Source of the DNA: Epiperipatus broadwayi
Taxonomy: Eukaryota > Animalia > Onychophora
DNA: 64,000 nucleotides
Reading direction: 5' to 3'
Assembly (NCBI GenBank): GCA_028023455.1
Contig: JAQFVV010000006.1
Coordinates: 15,128,001 to 15,192,000 of the forward strand
In this document: positions 1 through 12,166 of the stretch, piece by piece
Numbering within the stretch: the stretch's first letter is position 1
Layout of the letters: each line of letters opens with the position of its first letter
Position numbers and translations under genes: made by a program
The notes under the pieces: model-generated
What the model saw: the letters and a program-made list of their open reading frames with translations, nothing else
Told to the model about the DNA's origin: nothing
Database searches by the model: none

Positions 1-290
1 AACAATTATTGTGCTAGTATGAGATAGTGATCATGTGATGTTTAGTGGTTTAATACCAATCCTGCCTAATAGGATAGTGGTGGCTATGGTTGTTAAAGAG
101 CCAAAGACACCAAAATGTATGGGTACTGAATTGAGTTCAGACCCATATGACTATATAAGCTATTGAGCTTGGATTGAAAATATTAATAGTGTTTTCAATT
201 TCATTCTCATAGTTTTGTAGTTAAATAGAGTTAAAAGGTGGGTGCTGGAGGGTTGCATTAGATCCTAAGATCTAGGTGTAGTGCTCTCAG

Positions 291-349
291 ATCCAAGGCT
301 CCTCACTGATGAAGGCCACAAGCCAGAAACTAGTCTGGGGATATTGGAT
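291..349 (+). ncRNA. Minimal type I hammerhead ribozyme, family A copy 1
   Basis: TCCTCA-CTGATGA(306-312)-A-GGC-CACAA-GCC-A-GAAAC-TA-GTC-TGGGGA. Stem I is TCCTCA/TGGGGA plus ATCCAA/TTGGAT; helix III is the palindrome ACTAGT; cleavage triplet GUC. Helix II is closed by an A.A pair rather than G-C. Confidence 0.85.
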
Positions 350-850
350 GAGTAGGCACTAGATAGGGATTTTATGCACAAGCCTTCTGGCATCCATTGA
401 TTGCTCTTGTTAGCACAAGATGGCACTACTATATGGAGAGTGTTGTTTTGTTTTGAATTGTTTAATAACAATTATTGTGCTAGTATGAGATAGTGATCAT
501 GTGATGGTTAGTGGTTTAATAAAATTAATTATTTTAAAACATATCTAATTATATATATAAAAAAGATAAAACCACTAAACATCACATGATCACCATTTCT
601 TATGCTTGCTCATAACTGTTATTTAAACAGCCAAAAACTATAGTGATGGTTATGATTATTAAAAACTAAAGACACCAAAATGTATGTGTACTGAACTGAG
701 TTCAGACCCATATGACTATATAAGCTATTGAGCTTAGATTGAAAATATTATTGTTTTCAATTTTATTTTCATAGTTTTGTAGTTAAGTAGAGATAAAGGT
801 GGCAGCTGGAGGGTTGCCTTAGATCCTAAAATCTAGGTGCAATGCTCTCA

Positions 851-910
851 GATCCAAGACTCCTCCCTGACGAAAGCCACATGCTAGAAACTAGTCTGGG
901 GATATTGGAT
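851..910 (+). ncRNA. Minimal type I hammerhead ribozyme, family A copy 2
   Basis: TCCTCC-CTGACGA(867-873)-A-AGC-CACAT-GCT-A-GAAAC-TAGTC-TGGGGA. Core intact, differing from copy 1 at the variable N7 position. Confidence 0.85.
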
Positions 911-1581
911 GAGTAGACACTGGATAGGGATTTTATGCACATACTTTCCTGCATCCACTAATTACTCTAGCTTGCACTGAGTGGCACTACTGTATGGAGA
1001 GTTTTGCCTGTTTTTTTTTTAAAAAGATATATGTGATTTTTTTTCAATCAAATAATAAAAATGTCATCTGAAAATTTTAAAAAATATATCCATGAAGAAT
1101 AAGGCAACAAAAAATAACAGTTCATAAGATGGTGGAGGGTCATATTAAGAAAAACATGTATTTCTATGACACTGATGTCAGAACTAAGTAGCAGATGTGA
1201 TAGATTGAGATTTCACTATAAATGATCATTTACGTTGTTTTACTAACACTTAAATAGGTTATTAAGTAACAAGTATTATATTATTTAAAAAAAAAAACAA
1301 TAGGTTATTAAGTAACAAGTATTATATTATTTAAAAAAAAAAACATTGTTTTTTTTTTTTGCATAATATGTCTTTATTTTCTTGAACATCATTAGTATAT
1401 GATAGGGATTATTTATAGTCGTCGCAAAATACAAAATCTAAATTTCATATAGGTAATGCGTTATTTAATGTATTTACTATGGTTTTAATTAATTATTCAT
1501 ACTGGAGAGAGAAACAAGATATTACCCCCAAAAAAAGCTTTTTGTATTGAAATAATATATAATAATATTTGATATTGTCAA

Positions 1582-1662
1582 GCATTGGTGGTCGAGAGGT
1601 CAGCTACAGCTGCTTTATAAGTAGATGTCCCGGTTTAGCGGGTTCGCTTCCCAGCTGATGCT
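1582..1662 (+). other. Class II tRNA-like sequence (tRNA pseudogene or tRNA-derived SINE head)
   Basis: Acceptor-like pairing GCATTGG/CTGATGC, A-box-like TGGTCGAGAGGTC, anticodon-like loop TTTATAA, long variable region, B-box-like GGGTTCGCTTCCC. The 3' half recurs at ~21190-21225. Confidence 0.55.
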
Positions 1663-3124
1663 ATGACCCATGAGAATAAAAAGATCTGATATAATGAGTT
1701 AATTAGTTTCAGAAGATCAATAGACATATCATCTCTCTATTGTAGCTTATATGAAGTACATGCATTTAGGGAAAGTCTGTCCACAGCCTAGACCAAAGTT
1801 ACCATTCAAAATAATCTTTCAAGAATGAAAAATCTCTATAAAATTGCTGTGTATGTTATTATAATGGAAACTAAGATTTGAGCTCTAAAAGTATAAAATA
1901 AAAATGTGAACAAACATCCATATCCTAATAAAATTTCACCGATAGTTGATCATATTTGTAATCATTTTTTTCTCAAATTTCTTAAGATAATATTCATTAG
2001 TTGTTTTGTCTATGCTAATAGTCTCACTATGCTTTACAATGATATATAATCCAGTTCTTTTCTTGAATCGAATGAATTGTATTTTTCTACCAATAAACTC
2101 TAGAAGTCTTTGTAAAAAAATTCCTCAAACAATTGCTTGTTTTCTCCATGATTCATAGCCTCATTGATGTTGATTTTCTATTTGCATTTGATTAATCTAC
2201 ATTAGCAAAAAGGTTTCCATCTGTTCCATGTTATTAATCTGGAAATCCCTTTTATTACCTATGCAGTTTCAATTCATTTTTCCTGGTAGATTATTGATTT
2301 AATCATATTTATATTCAATCACTGACTTTTCTATTTTAGGAATGATCTTTGTTTTTCCATATTAATATTGATCAATGCTTTTATTTTTTCTGGTTCATGA
2401 TGGGAGATGATTAATATGCATGCTATGATCAACTATGACCCAATTACATCAGTCATGAAATGCATTGCCACAGGAACATTTGGCCTGATAAGGTTATCTC
2501 TCTTTGTCATCCATACAATATGGATCATCCATTGTAGAATTGTCTTCTCTTCCAGAGAACTAAAAGCTGATTCAATGTTTATATTTAAATTACTCAAGAT
2601 TGAAAAACAGAATGAGCAATACGCATTCAAAAAAATGCAGGAGGAGACTTGGTCTCTCTTTAAATTCCAGCATATGAATAAGTAGTCCCTGGAGAGCTTT
2701 AAACCTTCTCAGAACCAATAGAATCTATCCTCACTTTGTTCCTTACCTTTTATTTGCACAGTATACATCATGTAACCTTACCTCTAGCCAGGATATCAGG
2801 TTATCTTTTAATATGGATGAATAGATCATTAGATTAGAAACAACATTTCTATTTAGTTACTCTATACTGCAAAAAGCAATTGTCCATTTTATGTAGTTAG
2901 TGATATGTCAGTTTCAAGATTTTTAATTATTTTTCCAAATCTATGATTAGTTATAATTTTAGTAAATCAAAAGCATTCTTCCTTGAAGTTGAAATCAGTC
3001 TTTACACCCTCTCTATCTCTTCTCCGTCTTTTAACATTAAAGGATTTCATTTTTCTAGACTGTAATGTTTTTAATCATTATATATTACATTTCATATGTG
3101 ATTTTTATACTTGCTTGTTAGTCT

Positions 3125-3235
3125 AAATAGTCTGGGGATATTGGATGAATGGACAGTAGATAGAGATTTAAATGCACACATCTGACACTTATTGATTACT
3201 ACAACTTGTCCTAGGTGGCGCTATTGTATGAAGAA
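3125..3235 (+). repeat. Family A fragment, 3' of the HHR core
   Basis: AAATAGTCTGGGGATATTGGATGAA...TTGATTACT aligns to 330-440. Confidence 0.7.
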
Positions 3236-3653
3236 TTGAATTGAATTGAATGTAAAGGCTTGAAAACAGAAAAGGCACATATAAGGAAGTTATGGAAGAA
3301 TAAATATGAACAAAGTGATTATACAGAAAGTGGATTATTGGTTTTTATGCGGGGTTTGGGAAAAGATAAAGGGGATTTAGATATAAAGGCCATAGAGTTG
3401 ACAAAGATTATGTTGTGCAAATGGGATGGAGCAGAATATGGGAAAACTTAGACTGGGGAATGAAAAATAAAGTGGCTAACAGGGTTCTCTGGGCATAATT
3501 GGTGAGAGATTCCTAACTCCGTTTAAGGAGAAGCCACAGTACATCACATCACATTATTATTTTAATAAAAATGGTGGTTATGTAATTCATCTATCATTTA
3601 TTTATGTCATGTATAATATGAATGTACATATGTGAATTTTTTGTTTAATATAG

Positions 3654-3838
3654 GGAGAAGAATGTGTCTTGGAGAACCTTTAGCAAAAATGGAACTATTC
3701 TTGATTTTCACCACTGTATTGCAACATTTTAATTTGCGGCTACCAGAGGGAGCACCAACTCCAAATTTAAAAGGAATTCCTGCAGTAAGTATGCAAGCAG
3801 AACCGTATAAATTATGTGCATCACCAAGAATTCATTAG
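3654..3838 (+). CDS. Cytochrome P450 (CYP2-clan-like), final coding exon
   Basis: Acceptor TTAATATAG at 3645-3653 (phase 1) followed by [33 protein letters not shown]...SPRIH*. This contains the heme-ligand GxRxCxG motif. Stop TAG at 3836-3838. Confidence 0.92.
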
Positions 3839-4118
3839 AAATTAAAACCAGAAGCAGTGAAAATGGTGAACTTTTAATTCCTGTATCAGCCAATTAACAA
3901 AAAGCTTTAATAACTGGTAATTTGCATATTACCTCTACGATAGTATTTCATTGTTCTTTTATCAAAGATTCCATGAATCATTCATTCTGTAGATTCCATC
4001 CGGATGTCATCTCTTCTTAACCCACGTTATGATATTCATAATGTAAATAGTATTTGCCAAATATTTCATTTATATGTTCAATATGTATATAAAATATTTT
4101 ATATTTGTAACTCTTTTC

Positions 4119-4130
4119 AATAAAAATAAA
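4119..4130 (+). terminator. Tandem AATAAA polyadenylation signals, probably for the P450
   Basis: AATAAAAATAAA about 280 nt after the stop, followed by a T/GT-rich tract. AT-rich background lowers specificity. Confidence 0.45.
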
Positions 4131-4581
4131 AAGTATGTTTTAAAACTTTGTATTCGTTAACTTAATACTTAGTAAATGGTGGTTGATCTTTTGAGCGATA
4201 TGATTGGTTGCAGACCCACTTTTTCATTTTGAAGAAATTTTACTTCAAGCTCTTATTTTTTATAATTTATTTTTACTTGGACTTTGTATCTGCATGGTCC
4301 AGGATTGTTTTTTTATTTTTTAGATAGCTGTTGGTTTAGTCATTGAGTAGTGTAAACAAAGGCAACTGATCTGAGTTGAGAGAAATGATATGGAATTTGA
4401 TTAATTGCAGTCCAGATAATAATAGTCTTCCAAACTGGATATTTCTCAAAGCAATAAATATCCAAGCACAGTCATACTGTACCATCAAAGCTTTAATATA
4501 CTTTATCTCTGAAAATGTATTTCAAAACATAATACCTACAAAGGTATTTAGAGAACAACTTTTATTTAACTTTCAATTAGT

Positions 4582-4635
4582 ATCGTATGCTTAGCATGCT
4601 TTCGACTACTTAATAGTCCTCTTCATAACACAGAT
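4582..4635 (-). ncRNA. HHR-like motif with non-canonical core (family F)
   Basis: Minus strand ATCTGTGTT-ATGAAGA-G-GACTAT-TAA-GTAGTC-GAA-AGCATGCT-A-AGCATACGAT. Stems I and II pair and helix III is a palindrome, but position 3 is A instead of C. Confidence 0.5.
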
Positions 4636-5071
4636 TGTAAGATAAACTGCCCACAGATGAAATCTCAAGTGGTATATAAAGTTAGATGCGGCAATGCAAA
4701 CTGCCACACCGTTTGTTGTGGGGAATCACATGCCAATTTATCCATTTGTGTTGTACAACACAGACACATATAATCGAGCCAAAGTGCACCCTGAAACCAA
4801 ATCCATTTTTTTGAGCATGAATTCAAATCTGGTTATGGCTTTGAACCTATATATGCCAGTAATGTCTGTTTTGATCGTACTGATATCAAACGTAAAGTGA
4901 AAAAAGCCTGCCCTATTGCCAAGGACAATCATGTAATCAACAAAAAAGGACCCTGCATCCTCCTTGCAAAAAAAAAATTGCTTACAAAACACGACATATT
5001 TACAATTCAAATTTTATGTAAATTTCCTGTTTTCATTTATACTCTAATAAACATCACAAGTCCCTCTTATA

Positions 5072-5125
5072 ATCTGTACTATGAGGAAGACTATTAAATA
5101 GTCGAAAGTATGCTAAGCATTTATG
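5072..5125 (+). ncRNA. HHR-like motif with non-canonical core (family F)
   Basis: ATCTGTACT-ATGAGGA-A-GACTAT-TAA-ATAGTC-GAA-AGTATGCT-A-AGCAT. Confidence 0.45.
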
Positions 5126-5732
5126 CTAATTGAAGGTTAAATTAAAGCTTTTCTCTAATTATATTTATTTTTTGACCAGTCATACTGTAACAACTAAAAT
5201 AATGGGCAATAGAACTGTTGTGAAGAGGTTGAAGTTACTTTTGGATATCAATATGGTTCAATAACATTAAAAAAAATTTTTTACGGTAACCAATCTCTTT
5301 GAAAGAGATGATATGCATAACTTCGATATTTAATAAAAATGATAAGGTTGTGTGCATTCAAGTTCCATCTATTAGCACATTATTTAATTAAGATAGAAGA
5401 TAGTAAATAAGAGCCAAATTCAGAATTAGAAACTATGACAATGCAAACCTTACAAGATTAATTTCAGAACAATCCCTTTCATCAACTGTACCACACCTAA
5501 TATCATCAACCATAAATCAGAATAAACTTAAATCTGATTTACAGTAAGAAAATTTTACTTTGAAGTAAAGCAAGTAAAATCTAGTTAATATAAATAAGAT
5601 TTAAGTCTATTCTGATATGTGGTTAGTAGTGTAAGAACTTGGTGCAGTTAATGAGGATTTTGTTGAAATTTGCCTTGTGGGCCTTATATCATCATAATTC
5701 ATAGTTTAGAATTTGGCTATTATATAACATCC

Positions 5733-6030
5733 TATAAATAGACATGGCAAAACTCTCCATACAGTAGTGCCACCCTGTGCCAACCAGAGTAATCAAGGGA
5801 TGCCAGAAGGTTTGTGTATAAAATCCCTATGTAATGTCTACTCATCCAATATCCCCAGACTAGTTTCTGGCTTGTGGATGAGGAGGCAATACATAGGGAT
5901 TTTATGCACAAGCCTTCTGGCATCCATTGATTACTCTGGTTGGCACAGGGTGGCACTTCTGTATGGAGAGTTTTGCCTTGTTTATAAACAATTATGTGCT
6001 AGTATAAGACATGGTGATCATGTGATCATA
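5733..6030. mobile_element. Family A near-perfect foldback (hairpin of ~250 bp)
   Basis: The left arm is a minus-strand family A copy including GAAACTAGTC. The right arm is a plus-strand copy. The arms pair from about 5733 to 5987. Confidence 0.85.
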
Positions 6031-6234
6031 TAAATAGCTTAGTTAAACAATGAGAGAGTGATTAAATATTTTCATTTATGTTATTATAATACATCTCTCA
6101 GTAATGTATTTAATATATAAATAGGTATTTAATAAAGCGTATTATTTTATGAATTATATTTTTACAAATGAACCACTTATAATTAACTAACACCATAACT
6201 CCAAGATTCATTATAATAGAAGATTAAATATTAC

Positions 6235-6330
6235 AATTAGCAAACTCTTCATATAGTAACACCACTCAGTGCAATCCAGAATAAACAATAGATGCAAGAA
6301 GGTTTGTGCATAAAATCTATACCTAGTACA
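6235..6330 (-). repeat. Degenerate family A 3' fragment
   Basis: CAAACTCTTCATATAG...AGAAGGTTTGTGCATAAAATC matches the reverse complement of 360-445. Confidence 0.6.
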
Positions 6331-6566
6331 TATTTACAATTCAAATTTTACATAAATTTTCTGGTTTCATTTATACCCAAATAAACATCACAACCCCCTC
6401 TTATAATCTGTACTATGAGGAAGACTATTAAATAGTCGAAAGTATGCTAAACATTCATGCTAATTGAAGGTTAAATTAAAGCTTTTCTCTAATTATATTT
6501 ATTTTTTGACCAGTCATACTGGAACAACTAAAATAATGGGCAACAGAACTGTTGTGAAGAGGATGA
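6331..6566 (+). repeat. Direct repeat of 4997-5232 including a third family F HHR-like motif (6406-6460)
   Basis: ATTTACAATTCAAATTTTA...GAACTGTTGTGAAGAGG is shared at high identity. Confidence 0.85.
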
Positions 6567-7167
6567 AATTACCAACACCACTTTCATCTTTCATTTGTTT
6601 CCCCAATTCTAGCATTAAAGTCTCCCATAACAATTTTAAAATGGTGTTTCCTCTTATCAAAAGCCATTTGTACATCCACATAAAAATCTTCTATTACTTC
6701 ATCATTATGAGAACTTGTTGGGGCATAAACCTGAAATATCTGCATTTGGTATCTGTTATTAAGTTGTATAACTAATCTTGCCACTCTGTCTGATACACCA
6801 TCAATCTCCACAATGTTGTTCTTCCACTTTTTATTTATAATGAATCCTACTCCACTTGTATTTCCAATATTTGAGCCTTTATAATAGAGTACATGTCCTC
6901 TTTTTAAATCATTTGTCTCTTCATCTTTTCTTCTAACTTCACACAGTCCAATAATGTCCCATTTAATATAAGACAGTTCTTCTAATTCTTGCAATCTTCT
7001 TCACTTTAAAGTGAAATGCAGTTGTAAGTACCTAAATAAAGAGTCATCATCAAATGGAAGCTGGAGCGATACTTAGCACCCTCCGCCTTCAGCCACCAAC
7101 TGCTGCCTTGGTTGGTGACTTTACATCCTCCTGGAAATAAGGGCCATGATTTATTTTTGTCTGTCAT
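6567..7167 (-). mobile_element. RTE-clade LINE, 5' fragment (AP endonuclease N-terminus)
   Basis: YLGTYNC...QELEELSYIKWDIIGLCEVRRK...GVGFII...QVYAPTS...IVMGDFNARIG (ORF 6584-6994). Paralogous to 24420-25018. Confidence 0.9.
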
Positions 7168-7604
7168 AATTGTATATTATGTATTGAAAAAATATTTAAC
7201 ATTTGCACATACATTCATTCTGCCTTATCAGGCAACTGAGAAGTAAGACCATGGTGTTTCTTGATCTTAAACTCAGAGTAAAAAGCTAATAAACTCACCA
7301 CACTGGCTAATGCATGTTAGTGAGCAGCCCATTCATGTTTGTATACTATATGAATAAACACAATAATACCAGCTGCAATGACAAGAATGTATGGAGTGGA
7401 CATTATAGTATATTCAAAAAGTAATGAGTAATAGTTTCATTATGACCACATACGAACATGTGGCATCGATTTATATTAAACTGTTCTTGCCAATAAAAAA
7501 AAAAATCAGTGGAAAAAGCTTTAATATTAATTTTATAATATTAATATAATTTATATTCTTTATTGCTTTTTACAACACTTTCAACAACACACTCTTTTAA
7601 AACC

Positions 7605-7655
7605 TACTACTGGATGTTTCAATTACCCCAGCTGTTTTCCTCAGAACTATAGCAA
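7605..7655 (-). ncRNA. Decayed PLE-type hammerhead-like motif
   Basis: CTGAGGA-A-AACAGCTGGGGTAATT-GAAACATC. The paralog at 25450-25495 has a better helix II and the palindrome ATAT. Stem I pairs poorly in both. Confidence 0.4.
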
Positions 7656-8115
7656 ACACAATACATGGTAAAAAGTAATATAGACCATAAATGATATTAG
7701 TATTATATGGATTTGGCAATGCAATAAGAAAAATAAAGTTTATAATATTAATTTTAAAGAGATATTCCAAATATTTTAGTTATAAGAACCAATTTATGAA
7801 TTTTTAATAAGTGAGTAAATATTCGGATGGAGCATTGACTCAGAATTATCTTCCATTCCAATAATTAAGTTTGTTTTTAAACAAAGAAAGGAAGGTGATA
7901 ATGTATTTTATCATAGATATTAGATATTTAAAACCATCTTTTATATCTGAAGACTTAGAAATATGGACTAACGTGTTTCTTTATCTTTAATTATCATTTT
8001 ATATTTGTTTACATTTAAGTCATCCATAAAAATCTTGACAACAGTTCTTAATCTTACTATAACATGATTTACCTTTATAACCTCTCTAGCATTTTGCTAT
8101 TTAAGATTTATTGTC

Positions 8116-8580
8116 TACCATATAACTTTGAATTTAAGCCATTCTTAAATTTAAGCTGCAGAAAGATTTTTAAATTGGAAATTGGAAAAAAATATAAAAA
8201 AGATTTTAGAACATACTTTAGTTTTAATCATAACCGTCTCTCGTGTTATTGGTAAACACTTAATATGTAATTTTTTTATATAAGTTAAAAGAACTGCATC
8301 ATTTACAAAATATCTTCCATTTTTAGGACCCAAGAATGATTTTCTGTGTTTTTTAAAACTTAAATGAGTTCTCCTTCATGGCTCTCCAATGAGGAAAATT
8401 TCTTTCATCAAGTGTAAATCTTTTACAGATTGCACGATTTCCAATTTCTTCAGTGCACAATGTAACTTTTCTTTTGAATTCCGCATCTTATGTAAACTGT
8501 TTTCTGTCATTAAAAAGTAGGAGTAATAAAAAAACCTCAAAGATAAAATATGGCCATATACAATATGATTAATATGGTCA
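8116..8580 (-). mobile_element. pogo/Tigger-like transposon derivative (CENP-B-type HTH fragment)
   Basis: GPKNGRYFVNDAVLLTYIKKLHIKCLPITRETVMIK resembles pogo-family N-termini. TIR-like TACCATATAACTTTGAATTTAAGC starts at 8116. Right boundary uncertain. Confidence 0.55.
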
Positions 8581-8810
8581 ATTTACAATAAAATTAAAAT
8601 AGATAACTCACTATAAATAAAAATATTATTTAATACATCAATCTGTTTTTTATTCCTTAATGGAACCTTTTTAAGACGTTTCTTTTTACACAATCACATG
8701 ACAAATTACGTTCCCACAACATCTCCAAATGACATTATTTACATTACATTACATTAAATATAATAGTTCAAATACTTACATAAAATATAATTAGTAAAAT
8801 ACATATATAC

Positions 8811-11738
8811 TGAAACAGTATGATTTCATCGTCATACGTTTCACCTATTTTAGAAATCAGTAGACTTCATTTCCCTAGTTCAAACCCTAAAGGTACACAT
8901 ATATATATAACTGTATACTTGGGAATTTAACATGTATAAAAACGTATGTTTACACATATATATGTGTAATTGTATATGCACACGTCTGCTATAATTGTAT
9001 ATATTTTGCAATAATTCTATTTGCTAAAAATGGTATATTCACATCTGAATGATATTGTCATTATATAACGTACACACCTTATAATTTTATAAATATTCAT
9101 CTTATGATTTTAAATAATGGAATTGGTTTCAAGCTGGGAAAATTATATTAGATAAGAACAGAATTCTCTAAAGTATTTCAAACTGGCTTTAAAGTACCCA
9201 ATTACTTAATCATGTAGAGCAACTAAAAGCAAAGGTAGATGTCTCACGTCTAGGATAAAACGCTAGCAGCTTAAATCTCTTTCAATAAAAGAAAAGGAGA
9301 AGCAATCCAATGTTTAAAAAAAGAACTTTACCAATCTCATGAGACACCACCGGTACAAATCCAGATTTTAGGATTCTTAATAAAATAAAAAGTTGGACAA
9401 TTAAACCTGCACTGAAATCCAGATTGGAACTGGAATCTGAGAAAAATAAAAGGAACAATGAATAAACCTGAAATCAATCAACCGATTCGTTTGAAGCTGA
9501 TGCAATTAAGACTTCTTAGGTTTTAATGTCTAAAAATAAAGATTGTGAATGAACTGTAAGAGGGGGGGGTTAAAAAAGTATAAAAAAGGCAGTTGAAAGA
9601 AAATTGTCAGCCATTTTTGCTTTACTCGTGTTTCCACTTATATCCAGGCAGCAGGCCCAGTTTCTACCATGCAAATAAGTGGCTAGAAAAGCTAAGGCCA
9701 TCTTCCCGATGGTCAAGAACCGTTTTATGGAGCGGAGACCCAAACCACAGCCCTACTTAAAGAATAGCCAACTATGAACCAGCTCAGATAAATCAGTCCA
9801 TGCGTGTATTTCATACTTTCAAGCTGCAAGCCTCCAGATAAATAACCGGTAACCACTTCTCAATCAAACTAAATCTTAAAGCTATAGCCATCTATAAATC
9901 TTTCCTAAAGCTAGCTATATAATAAGTAATGTGCACAAACTCTTCCATTCAAATCTTATAAATTAATCACACTATGTTTAAAAGGTGTATTCTCTCTTAA
10001 AGTAATTAACTGTATTAGATAAACGTATCTCAACCTGTATAATTTTAAAATACTTTAAAAGTTAAATGTAAATCTTGCCTGATCACAAATTCCTAAATCT
10101 CTTTTTTAAATTCAACTTATAAAAGCTTATTTGCCTTATTATTTTCTCTATTTACGTCTATACTTTTGCATCTATATATATATATATTTTGTTAAAATGC
10201 ATTTATTGATTTATGCTTTGCCTTCGGAGCAGAGACTATTAATTATTATAACTTAAAGAGACGTTTTGTTCTCAAGTAAAGTAATTATGCTGTTTGGCAT
10301 ATCTATAGATTGTCTCTGGTCCGAAACCTACTTTGATGTATTATTTGAACTGCTATGCGTAGCTTAATATCACATATGTTGCTTATTAAAAGGTTTGTTT
10401 GGTTAAATAAAAGAGTGATAATTTAAGGCATATTCAGTAGTTAGCCAAGTTTAAGCCCCAGATATGCTTTAGACCCCCTTAATGTAATTGCATATAATAT
10501 GTAGTTAATTAATAAACTAGACTAATTTTAATAAAGTCCTCTTTAGCACAATTTCAGTGTTTATTTAACTAACTGGCGTAGGGTAGTTTGCAGAAGAAAC
10601 TATAGATTTCGCGCTTTACTAGTTGTTATAATTAAGATTCCAAAAGCGTTGTGAATGAGTTTTTACGAAGCACTGAGGTGCATTCCGCCTTGCTATCATA
10701 TAATTATTAAGATAAGATTAGGTTTTAAGGGCTATCTTATCATCCTTAGTTCGGACAGCCTTCTCTTGAATGGGATAATGATTTTAAGGGTCATTCCCAT
10801 TTCCTCCTTTAAAAACTGGAACACCGGAATCCAGCATCTTATATCGTGGCTGTTCGAGCATCCGAACTAAAAGTTCATGTATAGCAGGCGAGCGGTATCT
10901 GAGAACCGAGTAAACGTTACTGAATCTCATGAGTAAAAGCACATTCAAGCCGCATCTGATGTAATGTGCATAGCGCCATAGCCTCAGAAGTTACGCTACA
11001 AAACGCCAGTTCATCTACTGTATATTAATTGTTCAGCATTGATCTGAACCTAAGATCTAGTTTATCTAAGAATATCTACATAAAGAGCACATTGACTGCT
11101 CATCGCGTAATGATAAATTTAAGTACACATTGTATAAAGTTCCCACTCTCTTAGAGTTTAACCCTTAACATACTGAGTAGGAATGGCAAAACATGGTTTA
11201 GACATCAGTATAGACGTAAAATAATTATTAACGTATAAACGATATAATAGAATAATGATCGTTAAGTGCAATTGATTACAGAACGTGTAGTTCGTATTTT
11301 CACCATCCCACCTGCGAGTGGAATATTCAGTATATTTAATTGTTATTGTTTGTGTTTTGTCAATATTAAATAATTTTAAAATCTATTAACGTCTGCAGTA
11401 TTATTCACTTTATTTATAGTAAATCACCATCCATAATGATTTTATATGCATGAGATAATCAGCCATAGGTTGTGTGAGTGTGTTTGGTTAAGCTATAAAA
11501 CATTTAGTTAAATATCCCCGAGTCTCTCGTTTTACCCTTTGCTATTGCCGGCGCGGAAATTGAGAGATTACGAGTGTAACCTCATATATGTCATTCATAA
11601 GGTAGTAAGTCAGGGAGTGTTGGTGAAGGAGCTGAGGTGCGATCAGATTTGGTCTCAAACCCTCATCTAGATCAGCCTTGGTATAATTTACCAAAACTCT
11701 GGATTTTGTTGCGCGGATGTTCAAATATGACTGTTACA
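8811..11738. mobile_element. 2928 bp solo-LTR-like insertion with TG..CA termini and 4 bp TSD
   Basis: ATAC|TGAAACAGT...ACTGTTACA|ATAC. The paralogous empty site has a single ATAC at 26682-26685. No long ORF. Confidence 0.85.
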
Positions 11739-11849
11739 ATACACATAAAAATAATTAAACTTATTACAGTCCTTTCACCCCTCATAATATATATTTATAT
11801 ATCCGTAATTTTAAAAAAAAAACAACAACAATAATAATAATCTTTTCTA

Positions 11850-12124
11850 TCCCCTTCACCCTCAATTGTGCTGGACCTTTAACTATGTTTACACATTTGT
11901 TTAAATTTCCTTGAATATACAAAGTCTCGTAACATTTTTTCTTTGTAATTTTTATCATACTTTTATTATCTGAATATTTTGTTCCCAATTCATTTTATGT
12001 CCAGTATCCAAAAAGTGTATATATGGATCTGATCTTATATCTTTTCATTTCATTGCCGTATCATGCTCCTTACCTCTTTCCATGGCTGTCTTTCCTGCCT
12101 GATCTCTCTCTCTCTCTGTGTGTA

Positions 12125-12166
<42 letters not shown>

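Larger units (their letters stand above)
1..1010 (+). mobile_element. HHR-bearing PLE pLTR / retrozyme-like array (family A): 466 bp tandem monomer, inverted fragment, second monomer
   Basis: AACAATTATTGTGCTAGTATGAGATAGTGATCATGTGATG occurs at 1 and again at 467. An inverted copy of this end lies at ~560-630. The second monomer at ~640-1010 aligns to 70-450. Each monomer carries an HHR. Confidence 0.85.
4545..5165. mobile_element. Foldback element with ~110 bp inverted arms, each carrying an HHR-like motif (family F)
   Basis: 4545-4645 is the reverse complement of ~5065-5165 (TTCAATTAG...GCTTAGCATGCTTTCGACTA...). Confidence 0.7.

Noticed and set aside
5732-6033. Similar short ORFs MPPCANQSNQ... 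(also 265-471 and 15118-15321)
   Set aside because: They are translations of family A repeat sequence on alternate strands, with no protein motif.
7050-7150. Possible HDV-like ribozyme at the RTE 5' end (also 24900-25000)
   Set aside because: A P1-like helix with a G.U pair and a CTAA motif are present, but P3, P1.1 and P4 could not be placed in the required order.
8830-8870. Minus-strand CTGATTT...GAAACGTA near the end of the LTR-like element
   Set aside because: Core lacks G8-A9 and the motif is absent from the related end at 39124.
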